From Ginglymostoma cirratum (lineage: Eukaryota): a stretch of DNA of 64,000 nucleotides. The stretch lies in assembly GCA_024137785.1 (NCBI GenBank), contig JAHRHZ010000031.1, forward strand, positions 7,512,535 through 7,576,534, given 5' to 3'. Below are positions 13,441 through 27,396 of this stretch, in pieces (within the stretch, counting starts at the first letter, position 1; each line of letters begins with the position of its first letter). Under the pieces are notes generated by a model, which did not search any database, had not been told where the DNA came from, and saw nothing but the letters and a program-made list of their open reading frames with translations. Made by a program: the position numbers and the translations under genes.

Positions 13441-15239
13441 TTCAATACCTGTGGCTTAAACGTACATTGAACCTGAAGAGAAACACAAATTAAAAAGCTC
13501 TTGCCAGAAATACCAACAAAATTAATTTGAGCCAATGTTAATCTCCGATCTAAAATCAGATGTGCATTACCCCTTGAACACCCACAGTGATTTTCTAGTT
13601 AAAATCATCCCCAAAATATACATGCTTTAGTCAAAGGAGGCACACACTTGAAAAAAATAAAGGGTGTTGGTGTGAGAAAGAGGACCGTGCTCGAGAAGAT
13701 TAATTCAAAAATAGATCACAAGTAAGAATACATTTCAAAAGCCTTGCCACTTTTACCATCAGCCCATTGTGTTTGGAAAAAAAGAACCCTCCAATGTACT
13801 ATCACTGAGTGATAAATACAAAATGGCACAATGAAGTATATCGAACAACCAAAATCACACATTGTTGTGTCACTGATGACCCAGAAATATATGAAAACAT
13901 ACAAGTTTCAAAATGATGACTGACTATTCAACCCAACTAATTGAGGCTCCATGTGAACAAACAGTCCTGATCACATCAATCTCTCCTGATTACCTTTCCT
14001 TCATTCATCAAGCCAATTAAACATTGGATGCTGGCACAGTTGCTGCTAATCTTGGAAACAGGTTCTCCAGCCTTTCAAATCTCTGAAAACAAACTTCCCT
14101 TCTTTCCTGTTCTAAATCTTTTACATCTAACCGTACACATCTAACCACTTGCTCTTGATGCCTCAGCTACCAGTATCAAACTGTTTTAACTTGTCATACA
14201 TTTCAGAATATTGAAGCATTCGGTCAGATTACACAACAATCTACACCTGACTTTTGTTTAAAATGCATGTATTTTAAAAAAAAAAACTCCTTACGTTCAA
14301 TGCTGCTTAGAAATAGGCATGGATTAACTCCCTGAATCTATGCATCACCATACTAAATCTGGAGTACCGAACGTGTGATGTCAATATTGCAACACAGCAT
14401 CTACTGAACCTTTTCTAGAATGAAGCTTCTCAAATTTGAATAACTAAGAGACTTATTTTTGGTGCAGACAGGAGCCTGATGCCTGCAAAGGATTGTTGTA
14501 CCAACCAAAACCCTGTAATTGAGAAGGCTCATTAAAACTGAAGATGAAGTAAAAGAGGATCAACAGTTTCATGTAACTAGGCTCTGAAGATGAAGAACCA
14601 CGTTCAGCAGGGTTTATTACAAATCTGTTTGTGACAAATTAATTCCAAATTATATTAACTTCAGTAAAAATACTTAAATACTACACCACTTAAAGAGAGT
14701 GTACAAGATGTGATTACCGATTATAATTTAGATGATTGGGAAGTGCTAGTCCTGAAGGGCACACAAATTAGCTTTTGAAGCCTTACTGCAGTAATAGACA
14801 CTAATAAATTTATTAACACACTTCTATTCTCTTTCTTGCAGCATGGGATCTTCTTTTGATTTTGGGCAGTAGTTTAATTTGAATTACAGGGACAAACAAT
14901 GGCCTGTATGACATTCTGGAGTGGATTTAATGAGAACTCTTAGATGGCAATTTCAAAGCCAAGATGGACTAAACAAACATTTCCAATGTCCATAAATTCC
15001 GTCTCAGATACTGGAATTGTTTTGCACTATACAAGTTACTGCCAGCCCCTGGTTACTGAGGGATTTTTGGAAATATCCATGCTGACTACAGGAATGCTTC
15101 TTTGGCCCTTGGCTTATTGTTCCATGAGTTGATGAATGGGACTGGGACTGTTATTTCTTCTGTTTGCTACCATGAAGAGTTTTTTTATTTGCATTCTCTA
15201 AAATAGAAGTGAAACAGAACACTTATGTAGGGGATAAAC

Positions 15240-15585
15240 AAACAGGAACGACCATCTCAAACAAGAGAGAATCTAACCAGTGCTTCTTGACATTCAGGGG
15301 TGTTACCATTACCGAATTCTCTACAATTAACATTCTGGTAATTACTATTGACCAGAAAGTGAATATAAGTAGCCATATGAATACAGTGGCTCCATGAGTG
15401 GGTCAGAAGCGAGGAGTCCCGAAGTAACTCAGCTCCTGACTCCTCAAAGCCTATCAAGCATCTGCAAGGCACAAGACAGGGGTGTGAATACTCTCCACTT
15501 GCCTGGATGGCTGTAGCTTGAACAACGCTCGAGCAGCTTGAGATCATCCAGGACATAGCAGCCCGCTTGATTGGCACTATTCCTG
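15240..15585 (+). mobile_element. L2/Crack-type LINE fragment
   Basis: Encodes EYSPLAWMAVA*TTLEQLEIIQDIAARLI. Confidence 0.75.
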
Positions 15586-16974
15586 CACTGGCTGGTGTTA
15601 CCATGAAGGATTCTCCTTCTCAACCTCTCCTATGCTTTAACTTTTACCACAGATTGAACCACTTCCATGGCCTCAAGCCTGCATCATTATCCATAATGGA
15701 TTCTACCTACCATGCAGTCTGGGTGCTGGGTATCTGTTCCTCACTCTTGAGGCTGTACTACTCAGGTAGGCTGTTCCTCTGGATTCAACAGCATGTTTAT
15801 TCTTAAATAAATTACTAGGAGGAGACTAGAAATTGAAAATTTACATTTAATAGTCATCATTAAACCACAGGAAATAGAAACGGGATTCGGCAGTTAGGCC
15901 CTTTGAACCTGTATCTCCTTTTCCAAGCCTGTTTCTTGTATCCTAGTTCTTATGAGAACAAGATGAAAAGCTTCACCTTCTTGTCTCCTTTTAGAAATCT
16001 CTCTTATTTTTACCAGATCGAGGAAAAACTATTGTCTCACTCTCAGCAGCTTCTGTAAATTCTATTTACAGTCTAACACATAGATTATTGATTTCAGCTT
16101 TCTTCTACAGTTCTTCCATTTTGCTCTCTTCTCAACAGCATGCGACCGCTGGTATCAGAGCTGCTTCATTCTATAGATCCACATTGTTTTTAACATATTT
16201 ACTCCCCATTTCACTGTAGGGTGGAGGACAGGGGTTCAGATCACTTGGTCATTATCACTCCCATCTGGATGAGTTTGGAAAATCTCAATTTGCACCAACT
16301 TAGCAGTGTCTTTCAGGTAGTTGAAAACCACATGCCTTTGGAACATTCATTCACTTTTTTGAATACCTTACACTTGGTTTTACACTAACTGAAAATTTCT
16401 TCAGAATGTTTGCATTTTGCTGCTTTTGTGTGCATACATCGTGAATGTACAGAAGTCGCAAATTACACTGACTGTAGAGAGATGGTAAGGGACAATGTTC
16501 TGAACAGGCACTACATGAGCACTGTTGAAAGGCATGTTCTTGTCCTCTTGGGGCAGCTCAATTACTCTCATGGCTTTAAACTGCAGGAGAGAGAAGAGGC
16601 AAGGACAATTATTGAGGGAGCTATCTCAAGTCCGCATTGCTTCCGTACATCATCCTTGACAGGTTTAACTGCAAGTTCTTGGATCCCTCAGGAGATGATT
16701 GCTGTTCTGCATCTTTACTTCAGAGCATTTTGATCACCCTTAATATAATCTAATCATTCTGCTTATCTGAAACTACTTGTACATTAGCCTTTTCTGTGGT
16801 TATTACTTAATATGAGGCATGTAAAATTTGATAAAAAGTTGTGCACCGAATCCTGCATCATCCAATCCAATCCATTTAAAATTCTCAGAATTGTTGAGTA
16901 CAGAAGAGGAGCTTTGGTCTGTCCAGTCTGTGCCACCAAAAATACACCACTACCTACACTGGTCCTAATTTCTT

Positions 16975-17985
16975 CAACTAGGCCCATAGCTTTGAATGTT
17001 AGGACACTTCAAATGCTCATCCGAGTACTATTTAAAGGGTGTATGGCTACCCGCCTCAATTACCATTCCAGGCAATGCATTCCAGGCCGCCACCATTCTC
17101 TGGGTGACAAAGGTTTCCCTCAAATCCCTCCTAAACCTCCTGCCTTTCAAGTTAAAAAATATACCCCCTTGTTCTTATCCCTTTGACTATGGAGAACAGC
17201 TGTTTTCTATTCACCCCGTCCATGTCCTTCTTAATGTTACACACCTCAAACAGGTCACTCCTCAATCCTTTCTGCTCCAAAGAAAACAACCTGACTTATC
17301 CAGCTTCTCTTCATTGCTCATATGCTCCATCCCAAGCAACATCCTGATGAGTCTCTTCTGCATCCCTTCTAGGGCAATCACATCCTTCCTACGGTGTGGC
17401 AACCAGAACTGCACGCAGTACACCAGTTGCATCCTGACCCAAGTTCTGTGCAACTCCAAAATAATCTTCTTGCTCTTATAATTGATGCCTTAACTGAGAA
17501 AGGCAAGGATCCCCTACGCCTTCTTATCTACTCTACTAACCTGTCCAGTCACATTCAGGGACTTGTGCACAAGTAACCCAAGACCTGTCTGTTCCTCTGA
17601 GCTTCCCCGTGCCTTGCCATTCATTGAATACTTTCTCATTTCAGTACTTCCTCCAAGTTTATCAGGGTTAAATTCCATCTGCTACTGATCTGTCCATATG
17701 ACCAATCCATCTATATATTCCTATAACCTAAGTACTTCCTCCTCAGTGTCAATCACCTGGCCGTCCGCAAACTTATTTATTGCTCCCCTACCCCACCACA
17801 TTCTCACCAACATCACTTTGGAATATCACAAACAGTAAAAGACTTAGTTGTGATCGCTGTGACTATACATCAGCCTGCAAATGGACAAACTGCCTTCTAC
17901 CACCACCCTCGGTCTCCTACCACTAAGCCAATTTTGGATCCAACTTGACAAATTCCCCTGAATCCCATGATCTACTTTCTTTGTT
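16975..17985 (-). mobile_element. CR1-clade LINE fragment
   Basis: Minus-strand remnants HGIQGNLSSWIQNWLSGRRPRVVVEG and YCVQFWLPHRRKDVIALEGMQKRLIRML. Confidence 0.88.
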
Positions 17986-20169
17986 GGTTTCCACTGAGAC
18001 TCTTTAATTTGGCTCCAATTACTTGATTTTAATCCCTTGATTGTGCAAACAAGATTTGTTGAATAAGAGTCAAACAACCCCATAAGAAAAGAATGCCGCT
18101 TTATGTCAACTTGTGTAGTATCATTTCATAACCAGCTCCAGTAATGATAATCTTTGCCAGAATTTCAATGAAAGTATTTTCAAAGAATCTGGTCTTTTAA
18201 AAATGCAATCCTTTTAACCAGAGATACAAATAGAATACAATGTGAAGTCTGGAAGATCAGCTGCGTCTCACTTTGAAAGGAAAACAGGATCAGAATTAAA
18301 TTAGAGTTAGCCAGCCCTTTCGACCTGCCTAACAAGAATGTCCTAGTTCTCCACTGTGTATTCTACTAAATTAATAGCCATGATATGAATAATAATTAAT
18401 GAAAAATTCATTTTCAGCATTCTTAAAAATGATTGTGGGCAATATAAGTTAGAACATTAACATTTTGACTTTCTAAACATTATATATTTATGTAACAAAG
18501 GCAACTGTTTGAGAAGAAGTTCATCCCAAATTTTATGTCAGTTAGTGAAAACATTAGCTGAAAAACGTATGCACAGTTTTCTTACTTTTACTACTTGATG
18601 ATGACAACGATGAATGTGTTCATGAGAAAATACATATTCATTAATCAAGTCAAACATATCTCCTTTATTCCCCCATTTTACCATCACACAAAAGTACAAG
18701 GATCATTTGTAGCTGCTGCAGATTTATTTCAGCTCAGGACGGAACTGTGCCCATGGCTGCATCTCACGACAATTTAATAGTTCAGCTCAATTAAACCTAA
18801 GGCCAATACTTGTGTGTAACCAGGGCAATCAATATCATTAAAGTTGGTGTCGGCCATAACCGTATTTAATGTGTGTTAAGGAACAAGACATTACTTGTTG
18901 GTGCGAATCAAAATAAGAGTGTAAAATAAAGATCTGGTTGCCAAACAAAAAATTTAATATGCAGAGGTCAATGCTTTTCAGGCCAAGTCAGGGTGAGGTC
19001 AAAAGCACACCAATGTTTAAAAACTACAAAAAGTCACGCTGGTCACAAGTGCAGGGAAGCAGATTTACAATTGCATATATGGACAATAAAAAAAAATTCA
19101 CATATGCTCTATTAAAGTGTTTGGATTTACAAAAAGCATTCCCTTCTTTTATGTGATATTTGGACTTGATGTTGTGAAGCTACAATGATATAATTACGAC
19201 CTCGAAGAGGTTGTACACAGTCTTAAACGGATATACCAGTCTAAAACCAACATGTTGGAGCAGAAACAGAACTGTGTTGGGTGAGTTCTGCCTGAGAATA
19301 GACGCTAAAGCCAGATTTTAAACCTGAAGAAATTCGTATACAACCACCTGGAAACAATTCTAACCAGCAGCAGATTCCTACTTTCCACTACATAATCACC
19401 AATGATTCACTGTAAAATTCCAGCTTGATCTTTTCCCCCACATAAGATAGAAATGGGAGGAATAAAACAAAAGAACAAATCATCAAGCCAATCTTAAACA
19501 CAATGGTGTTAACCAGGGAAAGGAAGAGGAATATATTCTCATTTTATCCAATCTTAGTCATGCACCAAAATGGGCAACTGCATCAGGCTAACATCATGTT
19601 CCACCATTTAGTGAATGTTCTTTCACTTCTCAGTTTTTTTATATATCCACTAAATCATGAAACTGATATTTGGTATTTTTGATATATACCAAAAGTTACT
19701 TGACAAAGTTACTGAGGGAGTAGAATCATGGAGGTGGTAAACAATTATTTTATAAACAAATACAGAAAAGCACTTAAGGTATCTGCTACCTACAATTGAG
19801 ATGGTTGGAAATGGAGATTGATCTGTGGGATGAGTAAGATAGATGGTCATTTTTATGCTGAGACTACAATCTTTCAGTACGAAATAGATTTGATAATAGG
19901 ACAGTGTACCAAAGCTTTCAAATTCGTTAAACTTGGTGGTATTGAATTGAAAAAAATAGAATAGAAGTTTTTAAAAAATGGAGATACAAAGTGAGTGAGG
20001 AAAATACAGTTCAGTAAATCCAACTGTGAGATAGAACTACCTCTTAAATGAGTTAGCACTGAAGAATAGATGAATAAATTGATTTTGAGATCGAGATAGA
20101 TGTCGTTACAAGCTAATTCATGAGCAAATAATCAAAAATATCACTTGGTTCACAACATGTTTAGAATAT

Positions 20170-20610
20170 AAAAGCCAAAAGTATTATTGCCTTTACAGAG
20201 CACTACATTTGGAATACCATATTCAGCTTTGAGTACAACCTATCAGGAAAGGTCTTTAAATAAAGTTTCAAAGTCACCACAACTCAGTTCCTCCATCTAA
20301 ATAATGAAGAACATGGCAAAGGAAAGTTGGAAACAATTCTTCCCTCTGATAGTAGAAAATGGAATCAGCAAATTCAGGAAAGATAAACAATTCAGACAAA
20401 GAATTAGAAGCATTGGCAAAATCACTTTTCTGAGGAAGCATAATTACAAAATCAGCTAAGGTATTTAAGGAGGGAAACTTTATAAGAAATTAGGATATTC
20501 AGGGATACTGAAAGAAAGTCAGAGCTTTTGATTGTAAAATTAGACCTTTAATGAATAGCTAAGTCGTGAAGCAGACTTAATGGGCTAACTGACCAATTTG
20601 TGTTCCTACA
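20170..20610 (+). mobile_element. Old CR1 LINE 3' remnant
   Basis: catttggaataccatattcagctttga and the terminal gcagacttaatgggctaactgacc...tgttcct resemble CR1 3' ends elsewhere in the window. Confidence 0.45.
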
Positions 20611-20841
20611 AAATGAAGTTATCCAGTCAGACATTGCAATTTCTAAAGTTTTGTATGATGTCTAAGGTTGAAATAGCTGAACCGCGGCACATTCAGAGGA
20701 AGTATGGGTTTTAATAACAGCTATTCAACAATGTGATTCAAAATACTTTCTTGCTTTCAATTTTTGTGATTAACTGCTTGTACAATCTTCATTTAATTCT
20801 GGCTCTAGTTAATGATATTCTCTCACTTCAGCACATCTTAC

Positions 20842-21039
20842 CTTTAAACAAGCATCCTGCTTGGAGAAATCTTCAAAGTCCTTTGCTTGGAGCTCAGGGG
20901 AGTTGAGCAGAACCTCCACATCACACACAGCTTGGTGAAGCTGGCGTATCTCTGCCAGGTAGGTGGAAGGCACATAAGAGGGTTCTGGTGATATCCCTTC
21001 AGTCAGCACAGTTACAATGTTCTCTTCATAAATACTTCG
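20842..21039 (-). CDS. DMD: Dystrophin exon 42 homolog (198 nt)
   Basis: caccag|CGAAGT...TTAAAG|gtaaga. Translates RSIYEENIVTVLTEGISPEPSYVPSTYLAEIRQLHQAVCDVEVLLNSPELQAKDFEDFSKQDACLK. The SYVPSTYL and KDFED motifs match human exon 42. Confidence 0.95.
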
Positions 21040-23160
21040 CTGGTGTGAAAATACAACATAATATTCAACAACAAACTAACAAATAAACAAACAAACAGGC
21101 ACTGGCTGAAATAACAAACTGCATTAGCGAGGTTGACAAAACATCTAAGTTCTGAAAAATCATTTTACCCATTGTAGCTGATTGTGCTGTTAGTAAATAT
21201 GGCACTTCAGGTTCCTAAAATGGCCCTTCAAAGATTGATTTATCGTAAAGCTTACACACAGTGCAAATGCAATTTTCTTTGGGAAGTTCGCAAATCAGTT
21301 TCCGTAATGACAGAGTTAAAAACATAGAATCAAGTTTTGAGGAGTATAAATTCAAAGCACTGAAATGGATACAGCATTATTCTCCTGTCACCAAAATACT
21401 GCTAAATACAAAATCCCCTTTTCCAAGGTACATGACTTGTGGAGTCAATGTGTGGAGTTATGTGGAGTCAAAATATTTGCCCAATTTGGTGTCTTTTCCC
21501 CCCATTAAGCAGGGAGGTTAAAATAATTTCTAAGTTGTTCAAAGCCTGTCACATTGGTTTTTGCAACACTAAAATTTATCCGGTCTCAGCAAACACCCAA
21601 GTAATACAAATACTTGTTTGTAGAATTTCACAAGCAGCTATACAGGCTTCAAAATAAAGTATAAATGTGTATCACTAATGATCTTAATTGGCATAAGCCA
21701 TTATTTTAAACTTGACAGGTAAGTAAATATGTGAACTGAGATCACTCAAAATATTTTAACCAATTAGCCAATCCCTGCATCCTCCCCACTTGCAACCATA
21801 AGTTTTATAAAGCTGTTAATGAACAGAGTGAAGAATTACTCAAATATTCAACATTAACAAATATCTTACAATTTAAAAAGAAGTAGTTTTCAGGCCATGC
21901 AAGTGATGACTTTAGATGTTCGGCTTCACCGATATAACATGTTTTTACAATTAAGCCAATTAATATATCGGTTAACTCCGAAAAACTTAGACAAATAGCA
22001 AAAAGGATGAACATAAAAATGAATTAGGATTGTAATGAAGCAGCATGGAATTCAATGAGAAATATGTCAAAAAAGATTTTAAAAATACCATGAAGCCTTG
22101 GGTGTCTTCAAGATGGAAGAAGATGTGATGCAGCATTCTGAGCATGTTCCTGTATGTGTGAAACAGGTACAGCTGCAAGCATCTTTTGAGTTCAACAGTG
22201 AACACAGCAGTCATGTTTTCAACAGCTCCAAAGAAAATAAACAGTATGTAAAATAAGGTTCAACACCATGCAACTTTTTCCTCCACATCCTAATGCAGCC
22301 TTGAGATCAATAAATTTCAAGTGGAATACATCAAGCACAAATTAATAGCATAGAATAAAGTTATGTGTTTCCTGTCAAAAAAATAACCTGGTAACTTGTT
22401 TTCTGCAGTTAAATCATCATATCAAACCTTTCTGAACAATGTGTGAACATTAATTTAATTTCAAAGGGATAGTTTTCTCAAAATTTCATCTTCAATTCTA
22501 AAAACAAAACAATTGCCTCAATGAGTTCATACTTTATTTCAGCAGTGTAAGATATCCTGTTAATAATGATTTAGGCAAAAAAAAAGTCAAATGCTTGAAG
22601 TGTTAAGTTATGTATTTAGGGAAATCAGGCACTATTAATGCTATCTGTTACTTCAGATTTACACTGGAATAAGAACTCATAGGTGGCCCAAAGGTTGATT
22701 TGTTATTTGGCACTTTATATAAATCAAATCCATAGCAATGTGTCATATTTCAGAGTACTAAGTTTAGTTAAGTTTAATTTAGAGTAATGTTTATTTATTT
22801 TTGTTATTAAATGGTTTAAGCTAAAGCACTGGAATTGTTTACAGTAAATGTTTCTGTTTGATCGTTTTAAAATACACCAACAGAGAAATATATAATGCTT
22901 CACCGTAAAACTGGAGATTAAAATTTATTTCCCAATAATTTGTAATTTGTCAATGAGTCAATATAAAAGATAAAGGAGCATAAACGGGTAGGTATCACGT
23001 GGAACATTAAACTGGTTCTCAACAGATTCGTGCGCAGTTGATTCTGTCAGGAGTAGGGATGGAAAATGAGAGCAGAAAAATTCGCAAAGCTAAAGATCTG
23101 AATAACATAAGAGAACTTGAAGGAAAAAAGAACCGATCAGCCCAAAGAGTATTGCAACAA

Positions 23161-23804
23161 TACTATGGTTCTAAGATGTGTATTTTGTCCTTTTTTTTTG
23201 TTTTGAAGAAAAGTTTTAAGAAAGAGGTACTGAGCTGGCTATTTGATTCTAAAAAAGTAAACAGTTCGAGAGGCCTTGGTTTCTTTTTTTTTTAATAAGA
23301 GTTGGAACAACAGAAGCAGCCTGAATGGGTGGGGTCAAACTTACACAGAGCCAGATTTTAGTTTTAGTTTTTCAGTAGCAGTTGTTGTCGTCTTGAAGCT
23401 GGGTTTAGAAGCTGCCGTACATCTCTCTCTGCTACTCTCTCTTTCTCTGAGTTTTCTCTTCATGCTTTTCCTCCTGGACTAGAGAACTGCCTGTGAGACA
23501 ACCTGTTTTCCCGAATTAAGAGATATTACTGTATTGGAACAGTTAATTAGTAGTAGTGAATATATCTACTATTTTGTTAAGCATTTCAGTAGAGTTACAG
23601 TTAAACCAATGCTTCTATTTTTATTTGGTCTGTATTTTAACTATAGTGTAAAAATGAAGCGTGTTTTGCTTAATGTTGAGTGGTTCAACCAACCAAATTG
23701 CTTCTGGAATGCTACATCTTATATCTATCTTTAAAATATGAAAAAGTTAGGGTATAGACTATCTTCTAAATATTTTGAGGGGGTATAATGCGGTCCATAT
23801 AACA
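23161..23804. mobile_element. Probable solo LTR (Gypsy-like)
   Basis: About 640-bp block with a CT-rich core, ending ggtccatataaca (CA terminus). No TSD resolved. Confidence 0.45.
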
Positions 23805-24491
23805 TGCTTGTTTCACAACTTATTAATGGCTACCTAATCCAGGGCTTCCTTTTCTCTTCTAAAATCTCCAGGTTCTTTTCTAAATTCCCATTTAAATCTG
23901 ATCTATTAATATCTCTACCTTTGCTGTTGCTTGCCTTCAGTCCTTTATCATTGAGAGCATGAGCAAGAGGCTGACACAAAAGGGTCAAAACATTTATGTC
24001 TGCAAATGTGGTATTCACAGCTCAGCTAATAGTAAAAACAAAAATCAAGATAATATGAACAAATTATTAGCTTTGGCCCCTTTTCCCTGTACTGCTAATT
24101 ATAAAAAGATACAGCTTAATAAGCACCAAATTCCTTTCTAGACAAGTGTTGCTCTGACTTCTTTTGAAAATGATGAAATCTGTTTTGAAGAAGTTCTTTT
24201 AACTGAAAGATCAATGCAGTAAAATTTGCATTATTTGGCTCACCACCAACAGGAATCTCTAATAATACTCTGCAGGCATCACAGTAGTCATACAAAAGTA
24301 GATTTTGCAAATCTGTAAAAGAACAGGCTGAACGTTGAAGTATTTTTCCCTCACTGATAGAATGAAAAAGAAATCAAAGGTGGAGAGGGTGTAAGCCAAG
24401 TTGTAGTATGTTAAGACATTTCTGTTTGATTCCTATAATAACATGAACAGTGATCAGTTAACAGGCACCATTTGATCCTAGCGCAGTGAGA

Positions 24492-24577
24492 AAGGGTTTA
24501 GGCCCGAAACGTCAAGTTTTCCTGCTCCTATGATGCTGCTTGACCTGCTGTGTTCATCCAGCCCCATGCTTGTTATC
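24492..24577 (+). mobile_element. Penelope-like element terminal fragment (truncated inside the hammerhead motif)
   Basis: Near-identical to the arms at 62405-62497 and 62746-62832. Confidence 0.85.
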
Positions 24578-25599
24578 ACAGTTAGATTACACAAGTTTTA
24601 CTATATATCTTGTCTTTGCAAATGCTGTGTGTTTTCTATGTTGTTGTCACCTTATGCTGCAGACCATTAATAGACATAATTGATCACTGAACAAATTAGA
24701 TCATTTTGGATGAATATGGTTTTACATCTAGTCATGTGTAAGTTTTATTGAAATAAAAATTGATCTCAAAAACAAAGAACCTCTCTAAAGACTCAGCAGG
24801 AGTTTGTATATGGAGTGGGTGAACTATAAAAAACAGAATTTGTTCAGATCCAGTCTTCAATTATACTGAGTAAATTGATTCTTCTTTGGTAAACTACAAA
24901 AATCCTTAATGGTTTCGGGGAGGGAATAACTATTGCGTGAACAATGAGCTGATTGAAAACGTGCAGGTTAGAAAGGGAAAATGATCCTAGAGTTTTTGCT
25001 TCCAATCATTATCAATGACCTCTACTGAAAATACACTTGCTTGGATGAGAAGGTTCGGGCTCAGCTCTTATGTCCTGTTGATAAATAGCCTCCGAATATT
25101 CACTTGTGAAGCTGCTACATAAATAATGGCCACTTAGTCTAGATAGCAAAAAGGTTCCCCTGGAACTGAGCTCTGAGCTGGTAAATGCTCACAGTAGCAG
25201 GAGAAGGCAGAGGAAGAAAAGAAATCTTATAATAAGACTGCATTGCAAAATGATCAGACGTTATGTATTTTGTTCATTTACTTATTCAGCAGGGTTTTTA
25301 AAGAACTGAAAAAATTCCATTTGGTTTCCTGTTGAAGAATAAAAGTAGACTCAGCTCTGTAGAGTTAATGAGATGAATTTTCCGAGGCCCTGGTGCCACG
25401 TTTCAAAGTGGTTATGGGTAGTGGTGAGGGCAGACAAATACAATAGTTAGGACAGGTCCTGTTGCATTCTCGCCCACCAGGAGCATCTCCAGGGTTGGGA
25501 TGGCAAGTGCGTCAGCAACCCCCCATCTCAATAAGACAAGCAGATAAACGACTGTTAATGCCTCAATTAGGAACGATTTTACATTCACTAGAATTTATA

Positions 25600-25955
25600 A
25601 GGTAACAGGGTTGATCGCATCAAAGTCTTCAATATACTAACAGGGCAGATAAAGATAGACTACTCCTACTTGTTGGGGACTTTAGAACTAGTTGGGGGCT
25701 TAGTCTGAAAATTAGGGCCAGAGCAGTTCACGTGAGATGTTAGGAAGTTCTTCGACACACACAAAGGCTGGTAGATGTTTGGAACTCTCTTCCACAAATG
25801 CAGCAGATGCTGGATCAGTTGTTAATTTTAAATCTGAGATAGACAAATTTTTATTAAGCAAAGATATTAAGCATATGGGCCAGCCCATACGGAGTTAGAC
25901 CACAGATCAGCCATAATCTCATGGAATGTTAGAATAGGCGCAAGGGACTGAAAGG
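25600..25955 (+). mobile_element. CR1 LINE 3' end
   Basis: gtttggaactctcttccaca...gagatagacaaatttttattaagcaaag...cagatcagccataatctcatggaatg. Confidence 0.7.
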
Positions 25956-26200
25956 AATATAGAAACTGCCATAGACCAAAGTTCCCATCTCTTTCCCATT
26001 TTGTCAGCTGATCAAGTTGCCACCAACTACGCAGACCATAACTCAATTGTGAGCTTTCACTCTCAAGGAGGTGAACAAATTGATGAAATGTCGTAATCAT
26101 GGGCCAGGCTAATACAATGGAAAAGTTTCCCCTCCAAGCTAATTCACCAATGTCCTTATATGGTGGTTACCCGTTGCTTGATATGGAGGTCAGTCATTAA

Positions 26201-26591
26201 GTTTCATAGTGTCATAGATATATACAGCATGGAAACAGACCCTTCGGTCCAACCAGTCCATGCCAAACACAATCCCAAACTAAATGAGTCCCACTTGCCT
26301 GATTCCCGGCCCATATCCCTCCAAATCTTTCCTATTCATGTATTTATCCAAATGTCTTTTAAATATTTTAATTGTACTCACATCCTCTACTTCCTCAGGA
26401 AGTTCATTCCACATGTGAACCACCCTCTGTGTAAAAGATTTGCCCTCGGGTCATTGTTAATTCTCTCTCCTCTCACCTTAAATATGTGCCCCCAAGTCTT
26501 GAATCCTCTATTCTAGGGAAAAGACAACTACCATTAACTTTATCGATACCCCTCATTATTTTATAAACTTCTGTAAGGTTGCCTCTCAACC
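26201..26591 (-). mobile_element. CR1 (HER1-like) LINE 3' end
   Basis: Colinear with 5551-5930 (catag...acagcatggaaacagacccttcggtccaac...). Confidence 0.85.
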
Positions 26592-26659
26592 AAAACTACC
26601 TCGTCATTGCTGAGACGGTCCCATCTGCGGCAAGTACAAGTTTGGAATCTTTTCAAAAA

Positions 26660-27150
26660 CATAACTTAAGGGTTGTGGGCTTTGCCAGATGGGCCAGCAT
26701 ATATTGCCCATCCCTAGGTGCCCTTGTGAAGGTGGTGGTGAGTCGTCTTCTTGAGCTACTGTGATCCATGTGCGATAGGTAGACCCGCAATGCCATTAGG
26801 GAAGAAATTCCAGGAATTTGACCCAGCAACAGTGAAGGAATGGCAGTGTATTTCCATGTGAGGGTGGTGAGTGGCTTGGAGTGGAGCTTGTAGCTGGTAG
26901 TGTTCTTATGTATTTGCCGCCGTTGTCCTTCAGTTTATTAATTTGGAGGTACAAAGTTGCGTTGATGAATTTCTGCAGTGCATCTCATACATAGGACACA
27001 CACTGCTGCTACTGAGTGTCAGTGGTGGAGGGCGTGGATATGTGCGGATGTGGTGTCAATCGAGCAAGCAGCTTTGTCCTGGATAGAGTCAAGCTTCTCA
27101 AGTGTTTCTGGAGTTGTACTCATCCAGGCAAGTGGGGGGTATTCCATTAT
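26660..27150 (-). mobile_element. L2/Crack-type LINE 3' fragment
   Basis: Encodes MEYPPLAWMSTTPETLEKLDSIQDKAACSI, followed by the family tail. Confidence 0.8.
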
Positions 27151-27159
27151 TAACTGAGC

Positions 27160-27396
27160 CTTGTGGGAATATAACATCGCCATAGCCCCAGAGGGCCATA
27201 AGGCTGCTCTCTGATTAGAATGAGACAACTTGTGGTGAGTTTAACCTGAGGGTCACCATGCCTCGGGCGAGGGGCAAAGTAGTGAAGATGAAACCTTCAT
27301 GGTAATCTCTGCTAATGTGAGAAGTGAACCTTATTCAATTTTGGGAATTGTCAGTGTCACTCTGTATCACAAACCACTCATCCAGCCAACTGAGCC
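27160..27396 (-). mobile_element. tRNA-derived SINE fragment
   Basis: Minus strand starts gctcagttggctgga (A-box-like). Contains cctcgcccgaggcatggtgaccctcaggttaaac. Confidence 0.6.
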
